Source of the DNA: a virus
Taxonomy: Duplodnaviria > Caudoviricetes
DNA length: 64,000 bases
Strand: one strand, 5' to 3'
Virus record (IMG/VR): IMGVR_UViG_2844571421_000002
Location: 13,006 to 77,005 of that record
The notes below the pieces were generated by a model that did not search any database, had not been told where the DNA came from, and worked only from the letters and a program-made list of their open reading frames with translations. The position numbers were made by a program, and so were the translations under genes. Position 1 is the stretch's first letter. Each line of letters starts with the position of its first letter. Positions 18,142-26,407 of this stretch are shown here, piece after piece.

Positions 18142-18672
18142 ATGAACAACGCACTGACGAAGATTGCCACCGCGCAGGCTGCGGCTGGCGGACGCTACCC
18201 GCGCTTCGGTCGCTACCTGCTCGAAGTCGAGGTCATCCGCACAAAGGAGGGCTTCAAGGGCGACTCGGCCATCGCCGAGCTGAAGGTTCGCGAGTCTGAG
18301 CCCCTCGCGGGTGACGAGACTCCGAGCCGACCGGGCGAGACGGTCGACTACGTCGAGAACCTGAGCGACCAGAAGAAGGGCGGCGGCGGACGCTTCAAGT
18401 CCTTCCTGATGACGCTCGTGGGGGCCGACGAGTACGAGTTCGCCAACCCGGCCGCCCTGAAGAAGTTCTTCGACGAGCGGCAGGCGGGCACCCACCTCCT
18501 GATTCGCTGCGAGGTCTTCCCGAAGCAGCTCCCTGCGAAGGAGGGCCACGCCGGGAAGGTCATCAGCGGCTATCGCTGGTCGCACGTCGAGCTGAACGAC
18601 GAGCAGCTCTCCCAGGCTGAGCACGCGCGCAAGGCGAGCAAGCTCCCCGCGCTCACCGACGCCCTCGCCTGA
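18142..18672 (+). CDS. Putative ssDNA-binding (OB-fold-like) protein
   Basis: Position before PolA; alternating beta-strand pattern; near-identical copy at 60583-61113. Confidence 0.45.
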   Translation: MNNALTKIATAQAAAGGRYPRFGRYLLEVEVIRTKEGFKGDSAIAELKVRESEPLAGDETPSRPGETVDYVENLSDQKKGGGGRFKSFLMTLVGADEYEFANPAALKKFFDERQAGTHLLIRCEVFPKQLPAKEGHAGKVISGYRWSHVELNDEQLSQAEHARKASKLPALTDALA

Positions 18673-18755
18673 TACCGGGCGGCGACTGACGGCGCGCTTC
18701 CGTCGGCGGCTGGCCCACGTCACGGGCCGCCTTCCCATTCCCAAAGGCAGCCTTC

Positions 18756-20765
18756 ATGAATGTCTGGTCCTTCGACACGGAAACGTGGCTGATTCAGCCC
18801 GGCTTGCTCGCGCCCCCTCTCGTGTGCGGCAGCATCGCGGCGGCAGCTCCAGGCAGTGAACGACTGCTCGACAAGGCTCAAGCCCGGCAGTTCTTTCGCG
18901 AGGCCATCACCTCACCTGACACGGACCTTGTCGGCGCAAACCTCGCCTACGACCTGGGCGTCATGGCGGCGGATGACCCGAGCCTCGTGGCGCTCATCTT
19001 CGCGGCGCTCGAAGCCGGCCGCCTGCATTGCGTCCAGGTCCGCGAAGCCCTCATCGACATTGCCCGGGGCCTGTACGGAGTGGACCCGTCGACAGGCCGG
19101 AAGCTCGACGATGACGAAGGCGCCCGCTACCCGCTCGCGCTTCTCGTGCAGCGCCATCTCGGGCTCGACATCAGCGAGGACAAGAAGAACCCGAAGGCAT
19201 GGCGCCTGCGCTACGCGGAACTCGACGGCGTGCCTGTCGAGCGCTGGCCCCAGGATGCGGCCGACTACCCGAAGCGCGACGCTCGCTACACGCTCGACGT
19301 CTTCTACCGGCAGGAAGCCGTAGCCCGGGAGACACCCAACGGCGGCAACCTGCATGCCGAAGCCGAGCAGATGCGCGCCGCCTTCGCGCTCCACCTTGCG
19401 TCCATCTGGGGACTCCGAACGAACGGTGACTCGGTCGCCGTGCTGCGGGAGCGGGTGGAACGGGAGTGGGGAGAGAACCGCGCCAAGTTCCAGGCGGCGG
19501 GCATCTACCGTGAGGATGGCACCAAAGACTCGAAGCGCCTCGCGGCGCTCGTGACTGCCGCCTACGACGGACAGCCGCCCATCACCGCGCCCAGCGACCG
19601 ATTTCCGGACGGCCAGGTCGCGACCGACCGTGACACGCTGCTCGGTTCGGGTGACGCGCTCCTCGAGGACTTGGGCAAGAGCGGGCGCGTCGACAAGTAC
19701 AAGTCGACCTACCTGGACGTCGTGGAAGCGGGCACCTCGCTCCCCATCAATCCGCGATTCAACGTGCTCGTCAGCACCACGCGCGTGTCGAGCGACTACC
19801 AGCAGCTCCCGCAGAAGGGCGGCATCCGTGAGGTCCACGAGGCGCGGCCCGGCTTCGTCTACTGCTCGGTCGACTACGGCGGGCTTGAGCTTCGCACCAT
19901 GGCTCAGCGGGCCATCTGGGAACTCGGCTTCTCGAAGATGGCCGAAGCGCTGAACAGTGGACTCGACGTCCACACCCTTGCCGCGGCTGAATTCCTCGGG
20001 GCGAGCTACGACGAGCTGCTTCCGAAGGTGAAGGCGAAAGAGCCCCTCGCGGTCGCCTTCCGCCAGCTCGCGAAGATTCTCAACTTCGGCAAGGGCGGCG
20101 GGATGACGGGCGGCTCGCTCGTCTACAACGCACGCGCGAAGGACCGGGTTTCCTTCTGCCTGCTGGCGAAGCGCGCAGACGTCTGCGGCATCGAGCGCGT
20201 CGTCATCACCGTGCAGCGCCAGCCGAAGATGGTCTGCCGGGCCTGCGTCGAAGTCGCCAAGGAACTGGACACGAAGTGGCTCAATGCGTGGCCCGAGCAG
20301 CGCGAGCTACAGCACCGGGCGAAGTCACGCACCTACGGGCGCGGGTTTGCCGACGTGATGATTCCGGGGGCCAACATCCTGCGCGGTGGGTGCGGCTACA
20401 CTCAGATTCTCAACACCCCATTCCAGGGGCTCGGCGCTGTCGGGTGCAAGCTCGCCATGTGGCGCGTCAGCCGCGAGATGTACGTCGACCGCCGCTCGCC
20501 GCTCTACGGCTCGCGACTCGTCCTCATGGTGCATGACGAGCTGATTAGCGAGCTACTCGCCGATGACGCCCAGCGGATGCACGACGCCGCCGAGCGCAAG
20601 GCGTACCTGATGCGCGAGGCGATGAAGGAGACGACTCCCGACCTGGCACCGGCAATCGAAGCCGAGCCCGCGCTGTCTCGCATCATGTCGAAGGACGTCG
20701 CCACCGTGCGCGATAGCTCCGAGCGGCTGCTCGTCTGGGAGCCACCAACAAAGCGCGCTGCCTGA
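18756..20765 (+). CDS. polA: Family A DNA polymerase with 3'-5' exonuclease
   Basis: ExoI FDTET, ExoII ANLAYD; motif A DYGGLELR, motif B RQLAKILNFG, motif C VHDE. Confidence 0.93.
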   Translation: MNVWSFDTETWLIQPGLLAPPLVCGSIAAAAPGSERLLDKAQARQFFREAITSPDTDLVGANLAYDLGVMAADDPSLVALIFAALEAGRLHCVQVREALIDIARGLYGVDPSTGRKLDDDEGARYPLALLVQRHLGLDISEDKKNPKAWRLRYAELDGVPVERWPQDAADYPKRDARYTLDVFYRQEAVARETPNGGNLHAEAEQMRAAFALHLASIWGLRTNGDSVAVLRERVEREWGENRAKFQAAGIYREDGTKDSKRLAALVTAAYDGQPPITAPSDRFPDGQVATDRDTLLGSGDALLEDLGKSGRVDKYKSTYLDVVEAGTSLPINPRFNVLVSTTRVSSDYQQLPQKGGIREVHEARPGFVYCSVDYGGLELRTMAQRAIWELGFSKMAEALNSGLDVHTLAAAEFLGASYDELLPKVKAKEPLAVAFRQLAKILNFGKGGGMTGGSLVYNARAKDRVSFCLLAKRADVCGIERVVITVQRQPKMVCRACVEVAKELDTKWLNAWPEQRELQHRAKSRTYGRGFADVMIPGANILRGGCGYTQILNTPFQGLGAVGCKLAMWRVSREMYVDRRSPLYGSRLVLMVHDELISELLADDAQRMHDAAERKAYLMREAMKETTPDLAPAIEAEPALSRIMSKDVATVRDSSERLLVWEPPTKRAA

Positions 20766-20813
20766 ACCACGGCCGAAATCCGCACCCATTTAGGGAGCAC
20801 ACGCACTCCCTAA
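20763..20813 (+). promoter_or_regulatory. 31-bp phage motif plus overlapping TTAGGGAG/CTCCCTAA hairpin
   Basis: Read directly; repeated at 63204-63254. Confidence 0.7.
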
Positions 20814-20825
20814 CAGGTGCAACGC

Positions 20826-20999
20826 ATGGCCAAGACAACCGACGCGCTCGAACAGCTCCCGCCCGCCCTCTGCCCGTATCTCGACGCGGACCTCGACGAC
20901 GCAGTCACCTTCGATGTCGCCGACTTCGACGAGCTGCGGCTGATGTCCGCGATTGAAGGTGAAGCGGCCTCCCCTCTCCTCATGCTTGCGGCCCGCTGA
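20826..20999 (+). CDS. Small acidic hypothetical protein
   Basis: Conserved in both prophages; TGATG coupling to the next gene. Confidence 0.45.
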   Translation: MAKTTDALEQLPPALCPYLDADLDDAVTFDVADFDELRLMSAIEGEAASPLLMLAAR

Positions 21000-21559
21000 T
21001 GCTGACGACTCGAAATCTACTCGTGGCGCTCGACCCCGGGCTTCGCGAGTGCGGCGTCGCAATCTTCGACCTGGACTCGGGCGAGCTGCTCGCGGCGGGC
21101 ATGCCCACGAATCCCGAGCGGAAGGCCCGTGGGCTTGCGGCATGGTCGCGCATGGCGGGAGGGGTCGCCGCGTTCGCTTCGTCGTTCCTGGAGCCTCTCA
21201 GGGCCGCTGGCGTGGCTGTTTCCGTCACCGTCGCGAGCGAGTGCCCCCAGGTCTACACGGCCGGGAAGAGCAAGGGCGACCCGAACGACCTGATTGAACT
21301 CGCGGGAGTCGTCGGCCGGGTTGCCGGTGAGCTTCGCGCGACGGGTGAGCGCAGCTTCCTGCCCCGCGAGTGGAAGGGAACGCTCGACGGTGACGTCATG
21401 GTCGAGCGCATCAAAGCGCGCCTCGGTGAGCGACCGCACGAATACCGGCGGGTGCAGCTCCCGCGTGCCCAGGACAAGCACCACAACGTTTGGGATGCCG
21501 TCGGCATCGGCCTTCACGTCGTCGGCCGACTCGCGCCCCGGAAAGTCTTCCCGAGGTAG
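20999..21559 (+). CDS. RuvC-like Holliday junction resolvase
   Basis: ALDPGL..GVA, SECPQ, PREWKG, HNVWDAVGIG (RNase H fold). Confidence 0.72.
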   Translation: MLTTRNLLVALDPGLRECGVAIFDLDSGELLAAGMPTNPERKARGLAAWSRMAGGVAAFASSFLEPLRAAGVAVSVTVASECPQVYTAGKSKGDPNDLIELAGVVGRVAGELRATGERSFLPREWKGTLDGDVMVERIKARLGERPHEYRRVQLPRAQDKHHNVWDAVGIGLHVVGRLAPRKVFPR

Positions 21560-21561
21560 CC

Positions 21562-21777
21562 ATGCCTGATAGCAATGAAGGCACTCCCGAGTTCCTGACG
21601 GTCGATGAGGCCGCAGCACTTCTGCGCGTGAACCGAAAGACACTCTACGAGTCGATTCGGCTGGGTCAGGTGCCGGGAGTCGTTCGCATCGGGAAAGCGC
21701 TGCGAATCCGGCATGCCGCGCTGGTAGAGTCCCCCTCCGGGAAGGGCCGCGATTCTGCGCTTTGGAGTCGACGATGA
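21562..21777 (+). CDS. xis: Excisionase (MerR/HTH_17-like)
   Basis: FLTVDEAAALLRVNRKTLYESI..G.VP..RIG; ATGA overlap with int. Confidence 0.85.
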   Translation: MPDSNEGTPEFLTVDEAAALLRVNRKTLYESIRLGQVPGVVRIGKALRIRHAALVESPSGKGRDSALWSRR

Positions 21778-22994
21778 GCGCCAGGTTGCGGAAGTGGACG
21801 ACGAAGGAAGGAAAGTCTGAGGAGGCGTGGCAAGTGGACTTCGTGTTTCAGCATGCGGACGGACGGAAACAGCGAGTCGTGAAGTTCTCGCCCGTCCAGA
21901 CCCGTCGGGGTGCTGAGCAATACGAACGCGAGCTGCGCAGCGCCTTGCTCAACGGGACTTTCGGAAAGGAGCAGTGCGGCGAGGAAAGCCCCATCACGCT
22001 TGCGGACTTCACTCCGCGGCTCCTCACCTACAGCGAGAACAACAACAAGCACTCAAGCGTCGACAGCAAACGACAGATTCTCAGAGACCATATCCTCCCC
22101 TTCTTCGGGAAGGTGGCGCTCGCGAACATCGGCTTGGCCGAAATCGAAGACTTCAAGGCGCACATGCGCAAGAAGAAGTCGGCAGCTCACAAGCGGAAGG
22201 ACTCCGCGTCAAAGCGAGCCATCCGGAAGCGGCAGCGTAGCGAACCCAAGCCCCTGAGTCTGAAGACCATCAACAACGTGCTGACTGTGCTTCACAAGCT
22301 CCTGACGCTCGCAGAAGAGCATGGGGTCATCCGGCAGGCGCCGCGCGTAAAGCCCTTCGGGAAGCTACCGAAGCCTCCCTTCGACTTCCTGAGCTTTGAG
22401 GAAGCGGATCAGCTTCTCGCCGTCGCTGAGCCCGAATGGCGCACGTTGCTGCGCGTCGCCATCAAGACGGGGCTTCGGCAGGGGGAGCTGATCGGGCTCC
22501 AGTGGCACGACCTGACCCTGACGCGGGGCCTGCTTCACGTTCGCAGGACCATTTGGCGCGGGATAGAGGGTTTGCCGAAGGGTGGGCGTGAACGGACGGT
22601 CGACTTGCCCGCCTCCGTGGTTGATGCGCTCAACGGCCACCGGCACCGTCGGGGGCGGTTCGTCTTCTGTCAGGAGGACGGGCAGCCACTCACCAAGGGC
22701 AAGATGGCGGCACCGCTGGGTCGCGCCCTCCGGGCGGCGGGCATCACCCGCGAAGTGGGGCAAATCGGCTGGCACGATCTGCGCCATACCTACGGCAGCC
22801 ATCTCGCGATGAGGGGTGTCCCGCTGAAGGTGATTCAGGAGCTGATGGGGCACGCGACCATCGAGATGACGAATCGCTACGCCCACCTGAGCCCCGACAC
22901 TCGGAGAGAGGCAGTCGCCGTTTTGGACCGGCCTCTCGCTCTGCCGTGCGACATACGTGCAACATGGAAGGAGGCCGCTCCTAACTGCACGTAA
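21774..22994 (+). CDS. int: Tyrosine integrase
   Basis: TGLRQGEL, HDLRH, MGHA, RYAH catalytic residues. Confidence 0.96.
   Translation: MSARLRKWTTKEGKSEEAWQVDFVFQHADGRKQRVVKFSPVQTRRGAEQYERELRSALLNGTFGKEQCGEESPITLADFTPRLLTYSENNNKHSSVDSKRQILRDHILPFFGKVALANIGLAEIEDFKAHMRKKKSAAHKRKDSASKRAIRKRQRSEPKPLSLKTINNVLTVLHKLLTLAEEHGVIRQAPRVKPFGKLPKPPFDFLSFEEADQLLAVAEPEWRTLLRVAIKTGLRQGELIGLQWHDLTLTRGLLHVRRTIWRGIEGLPKGGRERTVDLPASVVDALNGHRHRRGRFVFCQEDGQPLTKGKMAAPLGRALRAAGITREVGQIGWHDLRHTYGSHLAMRGVPLKVIQELMGHATIEMTNRYAHLSPDTRREAVAVLDRPLALPCDIRATWKEAAPNCT
22945..22965 (+). repeat. 11-bp-period direct repeat CGTGC(G/A)ACAT, putative arm-type site inside the int 3' end
   Basis: CGTGCGACAT-A-CGTGCAACAT read directly; arm role inferred. 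Confidence 0.5.
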
Positions 22995-23010
22995 TCATTG
23001 AACAATTCAA

Positions 23011-23096
23011 TGCACGAGCCGGGGATCGAACCCGGACGGCCCTTACGGGCCAGCGGATTTTAAGTCCGCTGCGTCTGCCAGTTCCGCCACTCGTGC
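23011..23096 (-). tRNA. trnL: tRNA-Leu (anticodon UAA); CCA not encoded; att site
   Basis: Acceptor stem GCACGAG/CTCGTGC, anticodon arm GCGGA-CTTAAAA-TCCGC, long variable arm, GGTTCGATCCC T-arm. Confidence 0.97.
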
Positions 23097-23103
23097 CCAG
23101 TGA

Positions 23104-23116
23104 TTTCAGGTGCTTA
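23104..23116 (+). promoter_or_regulatory. IHF-like site next to att/tRNA
   Basis: TTTCAG-GTGC-TTA versus WATCAR-N4-TTR (one mismatch). Confidence 0.4.
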
Positions 23117-23138
23117 CTGGCCCCCCTTGACCCTCTTC

Positions 23139-23186
23139 AGTAGGGAAATAGTAGGAACGAAAGCAGCTTCCTACGATGTCCCTACT
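23139..23186. repeat. Inverted pair of tandem AGTAGG(G/A)A repeats (arm-type sites or hairpin)
   Basis: AGTAGGGAAATAGTAGGAA-10 nt-TTCCTACGATGTCCCTACT (17/19 complementary). Confidence 0.6.
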
Positions 23187-23307
23187 CGCCCCGCCGCGAC
23201 AAAGGGGGCACTTCACTCCCAGTGACAACACCAGACCAGCCGGAGGATCCTGGACCGGCTCCGCGCCACCAGCAAGCCGAAAGCACCTGGGAGGGGAGGT
23301 CCTATGA

Positions 23308-24462
23308 CTAGGCCGTCGTCACGTCATCCGGCTTGCGCTTGCCGCGACCACGAGACGGCATGAGCACCATCGAATCCAGCGCCTCTTCTGCCTGAGCAGC
23401 CCGCGCCTTCAACTCGGTTGCGGCGTCGGACTTCGTGAAGGTGCCGCCAAGCCAGGCGCTCAGGTCGGCCGCCAGCTCCCCCGCCGACTGGTAACGCTCA
23501 CGAGGGGCAACCCGAAGTAGCCGGCTCAGCGTCACGCGTAGCCCCTGGGGAAGCCCCTCGGTCATCGCATCTACGTCCGCGGCCTTCAGGGTCGCCGCAC
23601 GCCAAATCGCGTCGGACACCAACGGCGGCGCCCCAGTGAGCGTGGCCCGCTTGATTGCCCGAGAGACCCGCCGACGCTTCTTCGTGGACAACGAGCCCAT
23701 GACTTCGGGCGTGATGTCGTCGGGGCAAAAGAGCAGGTTCTTCCCCGTCGCCAGTTCGAGCAGCACGACGCCCAGAGTGAAGAGGTCGGAGCGCGCATCG
23801 ACGCTCCCCCCTAGAAGCATCTCCGGTGACGAGTAGAAGTGGTCTCCCAACGGGCCGCGCGCGGATGAAGCGACTCGCCCCGGCAAGTCGGACAACGCGA
23901 GACCGAAGTCGGCGAGCTGAACCGTCCCATCCCAATTGACGAAGATGTGCTCAACGTCGACCGCCCGATGAACGATGTTGAGTGACCGTCCCTGCGCGTC
24001 CTTCGCGGCGTGCGCGTGCTCAAGGGCCGCTGCGACCTGGACACCGACATAGAGCACGAAGAGCGGCGAGAACCATCGCTGACTCTCACCGACGAGCGTC
24101 AGCAGCTCATTCAGGGAGTGGCCGTCCGGGTGCTCCGTGCTGACGTACCAATAGCCCTCGACCTTGTGCAGTCCATGAACCTTGAGGATGGCCGGGTGCT
24201 TGAGGAACGTCGCAAGGCGAACCTGCTCGTCGAGCTTCGCACGCGCACGCATGACCCGGTCGCCTTCCGTTTCCGATGGCGCCGGAACCGCCTTGAGCAG
24301 CACCTTCCCACGCGGCGCGCCGGACGTGGCCCGCAGCCGCGCTACGAACAAGGACATCCCATGGTGAGTCGGCCCCAAGTCCTCGCGGTACTCGTAGCCG
24401 ACCCCGCCCGCCGAGAAGAGGATCGCCCCCCGTGGGATCTTGAACTCGATTGCCTTCGACAT
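23308..24462 (-). CDS. Hanks-type Ser/Thr pseudokinase (cytoplasmic)
   Basis: VLLK, DFG and SPE..DARSDLF present; catalytic loop is HRAVDVEH and no Gly-rich loop; SD GAGGAG before ATG. Confidence 0.85.
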   Translation of the reverse strand: MSKAIEFKIPRGAILFSAGGVGYEYREDLGPTHHGMSLFVARLRATSGAPRGKVLLKAVPAPSETEGDRVMRARAKLDEQVRLATFLKHPAILKVHGLHKVEGYWYVSTEHPDGHSLNELLTLVGESQRWFSPLFVLYVGVQVAAALEHAHAAKDAQGRSLNIVHRAVDVEHIFVNWDGTVQLADFGLALSDLPGRVASSARGPLGDHFYSSPEMLLGGSVDARSDLFTLGVVLLELATGKNLLFCPDDITPEVMGSLSTKKRRRVSRAIKRATLTGAPPLVSDAIWRAATLKAADVDAMTEGLPQGLRVTLSRLLRVAPRERYQSAGELAADLSAWLGGTFTKSDAATELKARAAQAEEALDSMVLMPSRGRGKRKPDDVTTA

Positions 24463-24613
24463 GCCGTTGCTCCTCGTGTGCGAACTCGCAACCAACGCGA
24501 CGAGGAAAACGCTACCTGCGGCATCTGTTCGAGAGAACGCCTTCACAGGTCATGGGGTCGAAATGGCGTGTTCGCCCCGAAATCGTCCCCCTACCTATTA
24601 CGTACCCCAGCGC

Positions 24614-26407
24614 TCAGGGCCAGCGATCCACGACGTAGCCGCCCCCTGAGTTGAACGCCTTCACTCGACCGTCACTGTATCCTTCAGAGTGGGCCTCGAC
24701 GACGAAGCACACGGGGCGCTCATCCTGCCCCGGTAACCTCACTCGGTCGTAGCGGATGACCAGCGCGGGTCCGTCCGAGCGGCCCATTCGGTCAGATAGG
24801 TAATATGCCTTGCCGTAGAAGTGCGTCCCGGGCGGCGCGAACGCATTCTGGACCGAACGAACTCCCTTCGGAACCACCCCCACCACGTCTGCACCAGCAG
24901 TGAACCAAACAACGTCTTCCGGACCATGACGGGCATTGAGGGTGAGGCTGAACGATTGATTTACCTTCCAGCGGAGATCCTCCCGCATCGACTCTTCCGC
25001 ACCAGCCGGGCAAGTGAACGCCTCGGGCCGAATTTGGGCACTGGGGCAACCCGCCGCGAGAGCCGCAACGAGCGTCATCGTCGCGCAGTCGGCAGCTGCG
25101 GCAGCTTTCGTCCTCCCGCGTGACTGGCGTCCTTGGGGTGGGACCTCGGGTGACGGAGTCGTCTTCACGGTTGAACCTTCCTTCGGAGCGGCAGTTACAG
25201 GCCCCGTCAGCAGCACAGGCGGGGGGCTAGGAGGTGACATAGCAGGGGCAGACGACGTGAGCGGCGCCGAATAAGGAGGGCTCGGCGGGCGCGGCGCACC
25301 AGCGATGGTCTGCGACCCGGTCTCCGTGGGTTCCCCTCGGGCGAGCAAGAAGCCCCCGACTGCTACTAGCGAGATGAGAGTAGCCACTCCCGCCATGAGG
25401 CCCCTTCCAGTCCGCACAGGGCCACGCTCAAGGGCATCTGGCGAGTTCGGCACCTCTACGGCAGGGCGCACCGGCTCAGGTGCTTCCGGCTTCCGTTGCT
25501 CGGACGGCGGATGCACCGGGCATAGGAATTCCGCACTCGAATAGGCCAGGAGTTCGCCCAGCTCACGACGTAGAGCCTCTGAGTCGACGGGGCGCTTGGC
25601 CGGGTCACGCGACAGGATGCAATCAACGAGGTCGTTCAGCGCTTCTGGAACACGCACGTTCAACGCACGAGCAGGAGGCGGCTTCATGACGGTGCTGTTG
25701 AGCGTAACTCGCGCTTGAACCTCCGTCGGTCGGGGGTCAGTCAGCAACTCATAGAGCATTGCCCCGACGGCGAAAATCTCGTCCGCAACCTGGAAGGCGT
25801 ACTTCGCTCGCTGTTCGGCCTTGTGCTCCCGGAGCCATGTGAACTGTTCCGGCGCACGAAAGCGGTCAGTTCCCGGCGGCAAGCCCCAATCCGTCAGCTC
25901 TTCAGCCAACGAGTAGCTCGCACAGCTAAAGTCGATAACGACCGGCTCTCCATCGCTCTTCCGAATTAGAACGTTGGACAGCTTCAAATCCCGATGCAGG
26001 ACGCCACGGCCGTGCATGTACGAAAGCGCGGCGGAAACCTTATCGAAGACCTGCAAGACCTCTTGAACCGTGGGGTGTTTACGCTCTGCCCATTCGGCAA
26101 GGGTCCACCCCTCTACGTACTCGAGCGCAAGGTAGACATTCCCCTGTTCGGAGTATCCATACCCACGGTGCTTGACGATGTTCGGATGGTCCAGGAGGAG
26201 GAGTGCCGAAAGCTCCCGAAGCGTCCGCGCGTGAGTCTGCTTGTCGTCCCCACTCGAATCCCGGTGACGCGCCAATTTGAGCGCGCATCTGCGACCGTGC
26301 TTCTCGACGAGGTAGACGACGGCAAACCCTCCGTTTCCAAGCTCCCGAACAACACTCCATCCGTCGATGGTCGTACCAGGGGGCGGAAACAACGGAATGA
26401 CGTTCAT
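24614..26407 (-). CDS. Ser/Thr protein kinase - TM - Pro-rich linker - extracytoplasmic domain
   Basis: LGNGGFAVVY, ALK, HRDLKLSN, DFS, GT..APE; TM LMAGVATLISLVAVGGFLLA. Confidence 0.93.
   Translation of the reverse strand: MNVIPLFPPPGTTIDGWSVVRELGNGGFAVVYLVEKHGRRCALKLARHRDSSGDDKQTHARTLRELSALLLLDHPNIVKHRGYGYSEQGNVYLALEYVEGWTLAEWAERKHPTVQEVLQVFDKVSAALSYMHGRGVLHRDLKLSNVLIRKSDGEPVVIDFSCASYSLAEELTDWGLPPGTDRFRAPEQFTWLREHKAEQRAKYAFQVADEIFAVGAMLYELLTDPRPTEVQARVTLNSTVMKPPPARALNVRVPEALNDLVDCILSRDPAKRPVDSEALRRELGELLAYSSAEFLCPVHPPSEQRKPEAPEPVRPAVEVPNSPDALERGPVRTGRGLMAGVATLISLVAVGGFLLARGEPTETGSQTIAGAPRPPSPPYSAPLTSSAPAMSPPSPPPVLLTGPVTAAPKEGSTVKTTPSPEVPPQGRQSRGRTKAAAAADCATMTLVAALAAGCPSAQIRPEAFTCPAGAEESMREDLRWKVNQSFSLTLNARHGPEDVVWFTAGADVVGVVPKGVRSVQNAFAPPGTHFYGKAYYLSDRMGRSDGPALVIRYDRVRLPGQDERPVCFVVEAHSEGYSDGRVKAFNSGGGYVVDRWP

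Larger units (their letters stand above)
1..23010. mobile_element. Prophage 1 (right part: neck/head/packaging/regulation/replication/integration); left end outside window
   Basis: Contiguous phage genes ending in xis-int next to the tRNA 3' end. Confidence 0.93.

Noticed and set aside
18756-20765. PolA as a marker of a modified-base (e.g. dZ) genome
   Set aside because: No purZ, datZ or other base-modification genes in either prophage
21774-23011. Mx8-like attP-inside-int with integration-dependent C-terminal swap
   Set aside because: int stops at 22994, before the tRNA; only arm-like repeats overlap the coding region. Cannot be fully excluded without the other junction
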